From positions 1 through 64,000 of the IMG/VR virus record IMGVR_UViG_3300035211_000097: 64,000 nt of DNA; one strand, given 5' to 3'. The position numbers and the translations under genes were made by a program. The stretch's first letter is position 1; each line of letters opens with the position of its first letter. Positions 8,412 through 18,300 of the stretch are shown here, in pieces. The notes beneath the pieces were generated by a model. It was not told the DNA's origin. It saw nothing but the letters and a program-made list of their open reading frames with translations, and ran no database searches. This DNA is from a virus.

Positions 8412-8438
8412 AGCGTGCGGCACCGGACACGCTTTTTT
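8412..8438 (+). terminator. Rho-independent terminator
   Basis: AGCGTG-N10-CACGCT plus T run. Confidence 0.6.
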
Positions 8439-8450
8439 GTGTGGGGTTGT

Positions 8451-8849
8451 ATGAAATTACCAGCGATGGTAGACATATCTGAAAGGCTATCTCTTGATAT
8501 TAATCCGAATAGTATAGAGGACACGATTAGACAATTAGCACAGCTGGAAGTAAGTTTTTTTGAGTTGTTATGCTTGTCTGTAATGTATGTGAATAATGAT
8601 CAGGATGTGAATAAGTTTATTATTGCGCAGCATGATGTGGCCCCTGTATCATTGTCTGTAGGATCAGCTATCAGAAAGAATTTGCATTATGCTGGTGAGT
8701 TAGTTGGTTGGCTTGAGGTGCAGACAAGACAGTCCGGTTTTACAATTGTGGCGAAGGTAAATAAAAAGTATGACCAACCGGATTTTAAGAAACATGCAAA
8801 CAGGCTTTTTGAGTTAAAGAAATTATTGGAGGATAAGCGTAAGAAATGA
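8451..8849 (+). CDS. Hypothetical protein
   Basis: Start moved to ATG 8451 because 8316-8450 is structured and contains terminators. Confidence 0.6.
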   Translation: MKLPAMVDISERLSLDINPNSIEDTIRQLAQLEVSFFELLCLSVMYVNNDQDVNKFIIAQHDVAPVSLSVGSAIRKNLHYAGELVGWLEVQTRQSGFTIVAKVNKKYDQPDFKKHANRLFELKKLLEDKRKK

Positions 8850-9778
8850 AAGAGATATTTATTGAGAAGAAATTCAGTAAGGGATCACTCGATGTAATTA
8901 ACAAAGCAAATAAGCTGATTGCTTCCTACCGGGCGCAGGGATACAGTCTGACACTGAGACAGTTGTATTATCAGTTTGTGGCTCGTGATCTTATTCCGAA
9001 TAATATGAACAGCTATAAACGGCTGGGTAATATAATCAATGATGGCAGGTTGGCCGGGATGATCGACTGGAATGCAATCACTGATAGAACAAGATCGTTG
9101 ACGAAATCGCCTGCATGGACAAGTCCAGCGGAGATTTTAAACTCTGCTATAGAGCAGTACAGGATAGATCGCTGGGCCGGTTCCCCCGTATACGTGGAGG
9201 TCTGGGTAGAGAAGGATGCCCTGAGCGATGTTGTTGAGCAGGCGTGTGCATCCTACGACATACCATCTTTTGCCTGCCGGGGCTATGTATCGCAGTCGGC
9301 CATGTATGAAGCAGCACAGAGGATTATAGAAAAAGCTGATGACTTTGAAAGGATGACCGGGGCTGTACAGGAGGCGTATATAATCCATCTGGGTGACCAT
9401 GACCCATCAGGAATTGATATGACAAGGGACATTCAGGATCGTTTGAGTTTGTTTAATGCTTACGTGGAAATAGACAGGATCGCTTTGAACATGGATCAGG
9501 TTGATCAGTATAACCCACCACCGAACCCTGCCAAGTTGACAGACTCACGGGTGGGAGGTTATATCAGTCAGTTTGGAAATTCATCATGGGAGCTGGATGC
9601 TTTGGAGCCGTCTGTTATAACCAATCTTGTTCAGAGAAAAATAACCTTTTATATGGATGAAGAAATTCGGGACAAGCACATTGCACAGGAAAAAGCACAG
9701 CGCAAAGAAATGCGTGAAAAGGTCGGCAACATTGAGTTTAAGGAATATAATGATAACTCTTATGGAGATGATGAATGA
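8846..9778 (+). CDS. Topoisomerase VI subunit A-like (Mini-A type) winged-helix + TOPRIM protein
   Basis: TLRQLYYQ (catalytic-Tyr region), VEVWVEKDAL, RGY.SQS, HLGDHDPSG, RIALN, WELDAL. Confidence 0.8.
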   Translation: MKEIFIEKKFSKGSLDVINKANKLIASYRAQGYSLTLRQLYYQFVARDLIPNNMNSYKRLGNIINDGRLAGMIDWNAITDRTRSLTKSPAWTSPAEILNSAIEQYRIDRWAGSPVYVEVWVEKDALSDVVEQACASYDIPSFACRGYVSQSAMYEAAQRIIEKADDFERMTGAVQEAYIIHLGDHDPSGIDMTRDIQDRLSLFNAYVEIDRIALNMDQVDQYNPPPNPAKLTDSRVGGYISQFGNSSWELDALEPSVITNLVQRKITFYMDEEIRDKHIAQEKAQRKEMREKVGNIEFKEYNDNSYGDDE

Positions 9779-10206
9779 TAGAAAGCCTGTACATGGAAAC
9801 AACAAAGAAAGAACCGGAAGAAACAGCCGGGGAAATTCAGAAGGTTCTGAAGAAACATAATCTGAAGAAGTTTATGTTTGATTATGATGACGGGGAGATT
9901 GTCGGCTGTATCTTCACTGTCGAATACCAAGGAAAGCAAGTCCCTATTCGTTTACCGATCAAATGGGAACCGCTCTGGGTAAAGGCTCAGAGGGGAGAGA
10001 CAAAATATGCTAAGACTCTGGAACAGGTAAAGCGTGTTGCGTGGAGGCAGGTGCTTCGCTGGATAGAAAGTCAGCTGGCCCTTGTTGAACTGGACATGGT
10101 GGAAATGACAGAAGTGTTTTTACCTTATATAATGATAGGTAAGAAGATGTCTGTATATGAGAAGTTCATGGAGGATGGGGCAAAAATGTTGGGGTATGAC
10201 GGATGA
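9775..10206 (+). CDS. Hypothetical phage protein
   Basis: QVKRVAWRQVLRWIESQLA...EVFLPY; ATGA overlap. Confidence 0.65.
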   Translation: MIESLYMETTKKEPEETAGEIQKVLKKHNLKKFMFDYDDGEIVGCIFTVEYQGKQVPIRLPIKWEPLWVKAQRGETKYAKTLEQVKRVAWRQVLRWIESQLALVELDMVEMTEVFLPYIMIGKKMSVYEKFMEDGAKMLGYDG

Positions 10207-10394
10207 GGTGTTATGTTTGTGGTGTGTGGAACGACACATCTGCTTTTTATAAACTGGAAGTAGTCAGTCCTGATGGGTATGCCAGCTTAAATAACAGGAT
10301 TGTTGGTCGGGTGACCCTTTGGGCTTGTCCTGTTTGTGGTGCTTTACATAGTGATGTATGTGGACAGGTGGAAAAGGAGGATCGTAAACCATGA
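10203..10394 (+). CDS. Small Zn-finger protein
   Basis: CYVCG...CPVCG. Confidence 0.6.
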   Translation: MRCYVCGVWNDTSAFYKLEVVSPDGYASLNNRIVGRVTLWACPVCGALHSDVCGQVEKEDRKP

Positions 10395-10684
10395 AAATGG
10401 CAAATATTAAAGGACTTCACCTTACTGATAATAATGATTTTATAAAGGTCGAACGGGATTATTATCTGCCGAATGAAATCATGGCAGCTTATGTTCAGGG
10501 GTACCAAGATAAAAAAAATCCTGATAAAGAGCATACTGGGTTCCGGTTTGTGGTAGAATTTAAGAATAAGTTGCTGGTGTGGAGTAAGGAATTTCTTCAC
10601 GATGATGAAGCAGAGCATCATCTGGCAGTTTATTTAAAAGGAATAGGGCATGAGTTACAAACCAGTGAAGTGTCCGAAGTGTAA
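10391..10684 (+). CDS. Hypothetical protein
   Basis: AGGAGG RBS. Confidence 0.6.
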   Translation: MKMANIKGLHLTDNNDFIKVERDYYLPNEIMAAYVQGYQDKKNPDKEHTGFRFVVEFKNKLLVWSKEFLHDDEAEHHLAVYLKGIGHELQTSEVSEV

Positions 10685-10757
10685 AGGCAAGGGGAATAAA
10701 ACCTGTCCTGTATGTAGAGGGCATAAGGTTGTAGGGGCTGTAAAGACGGGTAAATGA
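10650..10757 (+). CDS. 35-aa DnaJ-type Zn-finger microprotein
   Basis: MSYKPVKCPKCKGKGNKTCPVCRGHK: two CxxCxG repeats; absent from the ORF track. Confidence 0.55.
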   Translation: MSYKPVKCPKCKGKGNKTCPVCRGHKVVGAVKTGK

Positions 10758-10773
10758 TACAGGAGGACTGATT

Positions 10774-11085
10774 TTGACTGAAGATTTAACATTTCAAATC
10801 AAGGTTGACAGAGGTAAAAGGGATTCAGGCGAACGCTATATCAAGTTGTATGTTACGGTTCCCGGTACTGCTTCTCAGAATGATATAGCTGAGAAAATCG
10901 CACAGAGAGTTATTATCTATTCGGAAAAGCACTCCGAGGATATGCCTATCGGTAAAAAGATGACTTTTGGACAGTATGACTTGGTAAAGCAGAGAAGAAT
11001 AAAATGTGGAATTGCCGGGGAGCTTTGTCGTACTGAGGAAAGTATTGATATCCGGTTTACCAGCAGAGGAACATTATACAGATGA
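10774..11085 (+). CDS. Hypothetical protein
   Basis: AGGAGG RBS, TTG start. Confidence 0.6.
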   Translation: MTEDLTFQIKVDRGKRDSGERYIKLYVTVPGTASQNDIAEKIAQRVIIYSEKHSEDMPIGKKMTFGQYDLVKQRRIKCGIAGELCRTEESIDIRFTSRGTLYR

Positions 11086-11137
11086 GAAAATTATTAAAAT
11101 ATCTGTATGTAAAAACAGATTGTGTGATATAATGAGT

Positions 11138-11208
11138 TAACCACACAATTATTTTTTACGCAAAAACCTCCAAGGTTTTTAGCCTCCGCTAACCCCGGAG
11201 GCTTTTTT
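11138..11208 (+). ncRNA. Candidate small RNA with anti-SD element
   Basis: TGATATAAT at 11125; hairpin AAAAACC-TCCAA-GGTTTTT; terminator AGCCTCCG/CGGAGGCT plus T run. Confidence 0.4.
11181..11208 (+). terminator. Rho-independent terminator
   Basis: AGCCTCCG-CTAACCC-CGGAGGCT-TTTTT. Confidence 0.75.
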
Positions 11209-11209
11209 A

Positions 11210-11221
11210 TGCTATAATAAA
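11210..11221 (+). promoter_or_regulatory. Class B promoter TGCTATAATAAA
   Basis: Heads the 11240-15257 unit. Confidence 0.6.
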
Positions 11222-11239
11222 TTATGGAGGATTTTATAA

Positions 11240-11791
11240 ATGAGTAATGAAGCAAATCAAACTCTTTTGGGTAAAAATATAATCGAACCTTATGGAAAGG
11301 GCGTTATCTTTCTTTCAAATTTACATGCACATATTCACGCTGGAAAAGCATTTAAAAGTCGGGTAGCAAATGCCAGTGTAGCAAATAATGGACATATCTA
11401 CATGCAGATTATAATGCCTGCTGGTGTATCCATGCACTTGAAACATCTGATTGTTTATTCGGCGGGGGATAGCGTAAACGTAAAGGTAACGGAAGACCCC
11501 ACAGCCGTAACAGATGGAACTACAGGGGCCAATACTAAAAACCTTAACCGGTACTTTCCAGATGATCCACGTGGTATAAGGATTTATTCTGATCCTTCTG
11601 CTATCTCTGGGGGAGAAGATATTGAAGATTTTCCTATAGGGGACATAATAGGTAATGCGGATGCTATTGGTGCTGTTGGTTCACAGGCCGAGTGGATATT
11701 TAAAGGTGGGTTGAAGTATATCATTGATATCACAAATACATCCGGTACCGTCCAGACAATGAATATTTTGGCCATCTTTTATTATCTGTAG
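11240..11791 (+). CDS. Hypothetical beta-rich protein, possibly virion-associated
   Basis: GGAGG RBS; class B promoter. Confidence 0.6.
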   Translation: MSNEANQTLLGKNIIEPYGKGVIFLSNLHAHIHAGKAFKSRVANASVANNGHIYMQIIMPAGVSMHLKHLIVYSAGDSVNVKVTEDPTAVTDGTTGANTKNLNRYFPDDPRGIRIYSDPSAISGGEDIEDFPIGDIIGNADAIGAVGSQAEWIFKGGLKYIIDITNTSGTVQTMNILAIFYYL

Positions 11792-11801
11792 GTAAATATA
11801 A

Positions 11802-12338
11802 ATGGCAAAGACATTCAGCGGTTATAAACTGCATGGTCATATGAAGTTTCAGGGTCTTGATATATCCATAGAAAATGAGAGGGGATCAGTTAGACGTGGT
11901 GAGGATGCAAATGGCAGGCCGTGGGCTACTTTCATGCATATCCCTTATGGGTATATTAAAACTACTGAAGGGGTGGATGGAGATCATGTAGACTGTTATA
12001 TCGGCCCGAACTGGAATTCTATGTTGGTATTTATTATACACCAGCAAGACCCTATTACAAAAAAATATGATGAGGACAAATGTATGCTCGGTTTTAATAC
12101 TGAGCAGGAAGCCCGGAAAGCATATGAAAGACAATACGATAAGCCCGGTTTTTTCCAGTCAATGACTATTGTAACTATGCCACGGTTTAAAACCTTGTTG
12201 AAAGAAAAATATGGGCTTAAACTGAAATCAAGAAAAGATAGAAAGCTGGTATGTCAGCACAGACAAAAGAAGCAGGGACATTTACCGGTAAATTCGGATC
12301 AGGTGTTTGAGGAAGGTCAGCATGGCAAAAAAAAGTAG
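11802..12338 (+). CDS. InPase (inorganic pyrophosphatase-like) domain of the phage polyvalent-protein type
   Basis: FQGLDISIENERGSVRRG...W...M..PYGYI..TEG.DGDHVDCYIG...DEDKCMLGF. Confidence 0.85.
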   Translation: MAKTFSGYKLHGHMKFQGLDISIENERGSVRRGEDANGRPWATFMHIPYGYIKTTEGVDGDHVDCYIGPNWNSMLVFIIHQQDPITKKYDEDKCMLGFNTEQEARKAYERQYDKPGFFQSMTIVTMPRFKTLLKEKYGLKLKSRKDRKLVCQHRQKKQGHLPVNSDQVFEEGQHGKKK

Positions 12339-12498
12339 AATAATTGTAGGCAAGGGAAGGCCCTTGCCACAGAAGGTATTGCGTGAAGCCTCCAAGCGAT
12401 ACACAGAGGATTCTGTAACTATTTATGATGGAGCCACAGGTCTTTTTGCTACTGAAGAACAGAAGAAAAAAGAACAGGAGTCCATAGCTTCAATATGA
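12322..12498 (+). CDS. Small basic hypothetical protein
   Basis: ATG at 12322 after GAGGAAGG. Confidence 0.5.
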   Translation: MAKKSRIIVGKGRPLPQKVLREASKRYTEDSVTIYDGATGLFATEEQKKKEQESIASI

Positions 12499-13868
12499 AA
12501 AGGTTAGTTATTCTGAGCAAAGCAAAATATACAAAACGCTGGAAGGGTAAAGATGGAAAGTGGCATTATGAATACCCTCAGGCGAAGAAAGGCAGAACAA
12601 AAAAGGACATTACAGATACACCAGAATTTAAACGGTGGTTTAAGGATTCCAAGGTTGTGGGCAAGAGTGGCAAGCCTCTGGTTGTCTACCACGGCACACC
12701 GGTGGGTGAGTTTGATGAGTTTATGACGGATGTTCCTGTTGATAAACGTAATTTCATTCAAAGCAAAGGTGCTTTTTTTTCATCATCGACAAATACTGCC
12801 AGCGAGTATACTTTTAATTACCGTAAAATGTTGCCTGCTGCTGAAAGATTAGAACAGAAAAAAAGTGAAGCGATGAGAGCGCATATAGCTGCCAAGCAAG
12901 CAGGCGATACAGAACTGGCGCAAAAATATAATGACGAATATTACAGACTGCATGATCTGGATATGAAAACTTATCCAGATATGAAAGACAAACTTTTTCG
13001 AGGCCCTGTTTATCCCGTGTACTTGAGTATACAAAATCCGCTGGTTGTGGATGCGGAAGGGAAATACTGGTACGAGGTAATGCCTGATATTTATAAAAAA
13101 GATTTAAGCGGGTATGATGGTATTATATTTAAAAACATGATTGAGATAGGTGAACCGCAAGATACCTATGTGGTGTTTGAACCTACACAGGTCAAGTCAA
13201 AATTTAATCGAGGTACTTTTAATTCAAGAGACCCGAAAATAAATAAGAGTCTACAAAAAGCAAAATATTTAAAACGCTGGAAAGGCCCTGATGGAAAGTG
13301 GCGATATAAATATAAAGAGACTGCCCCACCCAAAGGAAAATATGAAAAAGCTGTGGCAGAGATGGAAGATTTTTGCCTTAAGTTTTATGGTAATAAATCT
13401 GAAGTCGGTGTCAGTCTGGATGCAAAAGGTAATGTGCTTACCGAGACTTATGGCGATGCAAACAGTGTGCGCTATTCTAATGAAGATATAAAGAAGTTGA
13501 ATGGCGCACGGGTACATATACATAATCATCCATCTGATGTCAGTTTCAGTATGGCAGATATGGCTTTCGGAATTATCAACAATATAAAAGAAATGCGAGT
13601 GGTCACAGAGAAACATATTTACATTTACCGTCCACCGGAAAAAAGGGAGCCTTACGATCGGGAAGAGGGACGGATCAGGGTTGAGTTAGCTAAATCTGCT
13701 ATACAGGCACACTGGGAACGGGCGAGTGCTGCGAATTATGATCGGGTACATAGTATGCATGAAAGTGGTCTTGTCACCAGAGAAGAGGCCAGTCATGTAT
13801 TTCAAAATGATTTGGTAGAAACGTTTGCAAAAAATTACGGTGGTACATATATAAGGATGAAGAAATGA
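12495..13868 (+). CDS. ADP-ribosyltransferase (ART-PolyVal) + JAB/MPN-like two-domain effector with duplicated basic tag
   Basis: TPEFKRWF.DSKVV...PLVVYHGT, GAFFSS, VYPVYLSIQNPL, GYDGII, VVFEPTQVKS; C-terminal E...HNHPS..SFS.AD. Confidence 0.85.
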   Translation: MKRLVILSKAKYTKRWKGKDGKWHYEYPQAKKGRTKKDITDTPEFKRWFKDSKVVGKSGKPLVVYHGTPVGEFDEFMTDVPVDKRNFIQSKGAFFSSSTNTASEYTFNYRKMLPAAERLEQKKSEAMRAHIAAKQAGDTELAQKYNDEYYRLHDLDMKTYPDMKDKLFRGPVYPVYLSIQNPLVVDAEGKYWYEVMPDIYKKDLSGYDGIIFKNMIEIGEPQDTYVVFEPTQVKSKFNRGTFNSRDPKINKSLQKAKYLKRWKGPDGKWRYKYKETAPPKGKYEKAVAEMEDFCLKFYGNKSEVGVSLDAKGNVLTETYGDANSVRYSNEDIKKLNGARVHIHNHPSDVSFSMADMAFGIINNIKEMRVVTEKHIYIYRPPEKREPYDREEGRIRVELAKSAIQAHWERASAANYDRVHSMHESGLVTREEASHVFQNDLVETFAKNYGGTYIRMKK

Positions 13869-14323
13869 CAACAAAGATAAAATTTCGGTTGTTAAAAGAA
13901 ACCTCACAAATGCCACATTTCGGCGGTGAGGATGAAAAGAATGCAGGGATTGATTTTTGTGCAGCTGAAGAGGTGATGATCTCTCCAAAAAGTTCAGAAG
14001 TGGTTGGTCTGGATGTTGCGTGGGAAGTTGATAAATATATTGGGAACTTGCATAAATACGTTATGATCATTCAGTCCCGGTCAGGACTGGCTTTTAAGCA
14101 TCAGATAGAAGCCTCTAATGCCGGGGTTATCGATGAAGATTACCGGGGAGAAATAAAAGTACGACTCTATAATAATTCATATGAGCCGTTCTTTGTAAAA
14201 CCCGGAGATCGTATTTGTCAGGGAATTGTATCAGAACTTCCTGATATAATGATAGTAGAGGCAGAAGAATTATCAGAAACAAAACGGGGTGACAAGGGGT
14301 TTGGGAGTAGTGGTATAAAATAG
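13865..14323 (+). CDS. dut: Trimeric dUTPase
   Basis: AGIDF, SRSGLA, AGVIDEDYRGEI, GDRICQ, RGDKGFGSSG (five motifs). Confidence 0.95.
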   Translation: MTTKIKFRLLKETSQMPHFGGEDEKNAGIDFCAAEEVMISPKSSEVVGLDVAWEVDKYIGNLHKYVMIIQSRSGLAFKHQIEASNAGVIDEDYRGEIKVRLYNNSYEPFFVKPGDRICQGIVSELPDIMIVEAEELSETKRGDKGFGSSGIK

Positions 14324-14760
14324 TGGATAAACGAACGTTGATAGGAAAATTCATACACACCAGCTGGGCGAATTTAAATATTCGCTGTGGTAAATATAGA
14401 CACTTACAAACTACTAAAAAATGTAATACATATACAAGTGTTGTTATACATTTTTCCAGAAAAGAGTACAAGAAGTGGTGTTTGGAAAGAGAAAAACAGA
14501 TATTATCTTTGTCTCGACCTTCTTTAGATCGTATTAATCCTGCTGGCGATTACACAATAGAAAATATACAAGTTATAGAGCTTGCTGAAAATATACGGAA
14601 AGATAAAAACCATTATAACGGGTACGGTGTGTGTTCTATATGTAAGCAAAAGAAAAAGAGCCGGTTGTTTACAAAAGATAGAAGAAGACGCAGTGGGAGG
14701 GGTGCTGTGTGTAAATCTTGTGATAGTAAGCGGAATTCTATAAGTACAGGAGTGAAGTGA
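14323..14760 (+). CDS. HNH-like (homing) endonuclease with C-terminal Zn finger
   Basis: RPSLDRINPAGDYTIENIQV...EN; CSICK...CKSC. Confidence 0.75.
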   Translation: MDKRTLIGKFIHTSWANLNIRCGKYRHLQTTKKCNTYTSVVIHFSRKEYKKWCLEREKQILSLSRPSLDRINPAGDYTIENIQVIELAENIRKDKNHYNGYGVCSICKQKKKSRLFTKDRRRRSGRGAVCKSCDSKRNSISTGVK

Positions 14761-15257
14761 TGAAATTAGTTGTTTTCAAAAACAAAGAAAAGGTTGTTCC
14801 GGCTACCTTACTCAAAGCCGAGAAGAGAAAGAAACGAGTACATAAAGGTGAAGACAAAGACGCTTTTATTTCCCGGAAGATGTCGGAGATGAAAGAAGAA
14901 TTCCCGGATCAGGCACAGCGGTATGCTGTGGCTTTGAGTATGTGGGAAAAAGAGCGTGGTAATTCTGATGTTGCCAAGTCTCTGTTTTTAAAGGCTAAGT
15001 ATATCAGCAGAAAAAAGGGAAAAAATGGTAAGTGGGTTTACACCTATACTAAAAATAAACATCAGCGAGCAACTTCTGTAAGTTCGGATGATGATTTAGA
15101 TGAAAAATGGAATAAAAAAGTGGAAACTGCACGAAAGATACTTATACAAAGTGGATCAGATAAGGAAACTCTTTCAAGGTATTTAGATGATCCTGACGAA
15201 GATGAAATTGACATGATAATCAAGAGGGGAGTTACAAGCCGTAAAGACAGTACATAA
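14757..15257 (+). CDS. Putative internal head protein with basic tag
   Basis: LLKA, VAKS, FLKAKYISRKKGKNGKWVYTY; FISR.MS...EFPD..QR.A module. Confidence 0.65.
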   Translation: MMKLVVFKNKEKVVPATLLKAEKRKKRVHKGEDKDAFISRKMSEMKEEFPDQAQRYAVALSMWEKERGNSDVAKSLFLKAKYISRKKGKNGKWVYTYTKNKHQRATSVSSDDDLDEKWNKKVETARKILIQSGSDKETLSRYLDDPDEDEIDMIIKRGVTSRKDST

Positions 15258-15290
15258 AAAGTAACTCCTTACACTTAAATTAAAGTTTCA

Positions 15291-15330
15291 TGTTATTATA
15301 AAGGTAGGTGGTTCTCCATCTACCTTTTTT
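15291..15330 (+). promoter_or_regulatory. Class B promoter followed immediately by a terminator-like leader hairpin
   Basis: TGTTATTAT, then AAAGGTAGGTGG-TTCT-CCATCTACCTTT-TTT, then GGAG RBS. Confidence 0.55.
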
Positions 15331-15344
15331 ATGGAGTCAAAAGC

Positions 15345-18300
15345 ATGAAGTATAAACCGGATACATTGATTAAAGTAGGACGTACATGGTTTTTTAAATC
15401 ATTAGATAATAAATTAGTTTCTTTCAGAGTACACAGACCTGAAGTATTTAAAATTTTGGTAAAAGGTAAATACTATTCTCCCGATGAAGTAAAGGCCCGT
15501 GGTATGCGCTGGGTTACAATTAGAGGGGCCAGAGTACTCCTACAGGGAGTGGGTGACGGCTGGGTTGTTGTCGGCGGTGCAGGCGGTAAGTTGAACCATA
15601 TGAAGATTGACCGAATTCTTTCCAAAGAGGATTATGCTGAGAAGCGTAAAGAAAAAGAAAAACAGAGAAAGGATATAGGTCGGGAGCTTACCCCGGAAGA
15701 GAAAGCAGCGGAACAGGCCAAGTCCGAAGAAAGAAAAAAACAGGAAACAGCAGCTCTCACCAGCTATGTTCAGAAAGTGAATGCGCTGGCCGGAAATAAG
15801 CTCGATATAACTGCTGAGAATATTAACCGGGTAGAGTCAGCTGCCGGGAAGGAAGTTGATTTTAATCGAAAGGTTATGCGGGCCATGCTTTCACCAGAAG
15901 AGATCGAAAAGATCAGAGAACAGGCTAAGGATTATGTTTCTAAGCAGAAGCGATACCGGGACATCGGGGAAAAGCGTGACACTAAAACCGAAAAAGACAT
16001 GCAGACTCATATTGATAAAGAAATAGACAGACAAGTTAAGCGAAAGGTTAAAGAGAAAACCAGACAGATTGAACATCAGGCGACTCAGCGGATTGCTCAC
16101 GATATGCTGGATGTAGGGATCAAGGATAAGGAGCTGTCTACTGCTATCGATCTTGAAAAAGCCAAGAAAATCTTGAAGTACAAACGTGATTTTAAAAAGA
16201 CCATGAAGGATATTTATGGAGAGACAGAGGCCGATGATGCATCCTACAAGGTCGGTATGACGTATGCCGGGGATATGGAGTCTGATTACGATGGTATTCT
16301 GGAACAGGTTAAAAACGATATTGAGACTGAAAAGAATATTGAATTCTATGATAAAATCGACAAGAAATATGAACAGCTTCACAAGCATATTGATAAATCA
16401 GCTGCTGCTGCTTTGAATGGAATTATGGCTGATTCCTATGGAACCGGAGCATTTTTTAACTCAAATATGGTAAAAGAGCTGGGAATTGATGCTGTTTCGA
16501 GAGCAATTGCTTATAAAATACAGATAGACGGCAGAGCAGATTCAGTAAAAGAAGCACTGGTGAGGCACTCGAATAATGTTAGATTGAAGACGGTAGAGAA
16601 AGCCTTGAAAAACGCTGATCAGGCAATGGAAAGCACACAGGATATTTTGGACTTGGCTGATGGTGATGATACTGTGTATAGTAAGGCTACTGCAAACGGC
16701 TATGCAATACGGCATCGTACACAAGCAATGCAGGAACTCGCCGGTGCAGCCGGGTCTTTACGTGCCATGGCACATATGATAGATGCTCTGGAAGACCCAC
16801 CGAATGATTTACTTCAAATTGATATGGGGCGTGATCTTTCTAAAGCAAAACGCAGAATGAACAGGGCCGGTTTAAAAAATGATCAATATTCCATAAAGAA
16901 ACAGAGTAACGGTAGGCTAATGGCTGAAATAAAATCATCTTCTCTGACACCGTTCTTTGAGAATTCCCATGAAACCAATTTAATGAAACAGAAGCTGAAC
17001 AAAATCAAACGGCATGAAATGAATACCGGTCATGTCAGTGACGGGATTAAACCTGAATATACATGGTCAAAAGATGCCCCGGATGCTCAGGAAGCTGGCT
17101 ACCGGTTTGCAAAGGAAAGGGGCCGGGCTTTACTGGATTTTAAGGCTGGTCTGGGAAAAACATTTATAACAGCTAACATTGTGGCTGATGCTGTTAAAGA
17201 GGGAAAGAAAGTTCTGATAGCTGTACCGGCAAATTTAAAGGGCCAGCAGGTAAAAGAATTACAGAAGTTTACCATGGCAGATATAGGGGATCAGGTAAAA
17301 TCCTCTTTTAATTTTACACGTACAGGTGGTATGGAAGAATTGTCCCCGGAAGATAGATTGGCCCGGTATAATGAACCCGGTGTCCATGTTGTCAGCCATA
17401 ATGCTTTGATTAACGATAAAGAAGCTCTAATGAATGCCGGTTTTGATGTAATTGTAGCTGATGAAGTTCATCAGATGATTAACTCAAAGCTGGGAGATAA
17501 TGAAAAAAAAGTAAGTTCCCGGACATACAGGAGCCTGAAGGAACTGTCAGCAAATGCTGAAAGCATGGTAGCCATGACTGGAACACCGATCAAAAAACAT
17601 AAGGTTGAACTTAAGAAATTGGCCGATCTGGTAGACCCGGACAATAATCTGGGATCAAATACAGAATTTGTAAAAAGGCATGCAGGTATAAATCAAACTA
17701 CCTCTGCTTTCCAGTCTTCAGAAACAGAAGCTTTGAGAAAAGAGGTGTCAAACTTCACTTATTCTCAGGGGTATACTCTGAGGCCGAAACACAATGTAAC
17801 TGAACAGAAGATTACCATGTCACCTGAACAGCGCAGGCGTATGTCGCAGATACAGCAGCAATATGCTATTGATACTGCCAAAGGCAATAAAAATGCAGCA
17901 GCGACCCGTGACATCGATCTTTGGCGAAATACACATCTGACTGGCGGTGTAAATAATCCAAAGTTTCAGGCTATTATAAATGACATCCAGACAAACGGAA
18001 AAGATCAGAAAGGTCTGTTATTCTTTTCACAGGGAGCTGCTACAGAGGGTGTTGCGCAGTATGCGAAACAGCTTAATCAGGTTTTTGGGGAAGGAAGAGC
18101 TGAAGCAGTTTCCAGTAAGACCAGTGCTACTAAACTGGAAAGACTGAAAGCAAAAATAAATGATCCAAATGATCCCCTGAGGTTTTTGGTGGGGACAGAA
18201 ACTTTGTCTACCGGTCATAATTTACAGGGTGCCGGTTTTGTTCATCATGTAGATATTCCGATGAGTAAAGCACAATCGGATCAGCAGGAAGCGAGAATGT

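Noticed and set aside
8316-8450. N-terminal extension of ORF 8316-8849
   Set aside because: Overlaps two terminator hairpins; ATG at 8451 is the more plausible start
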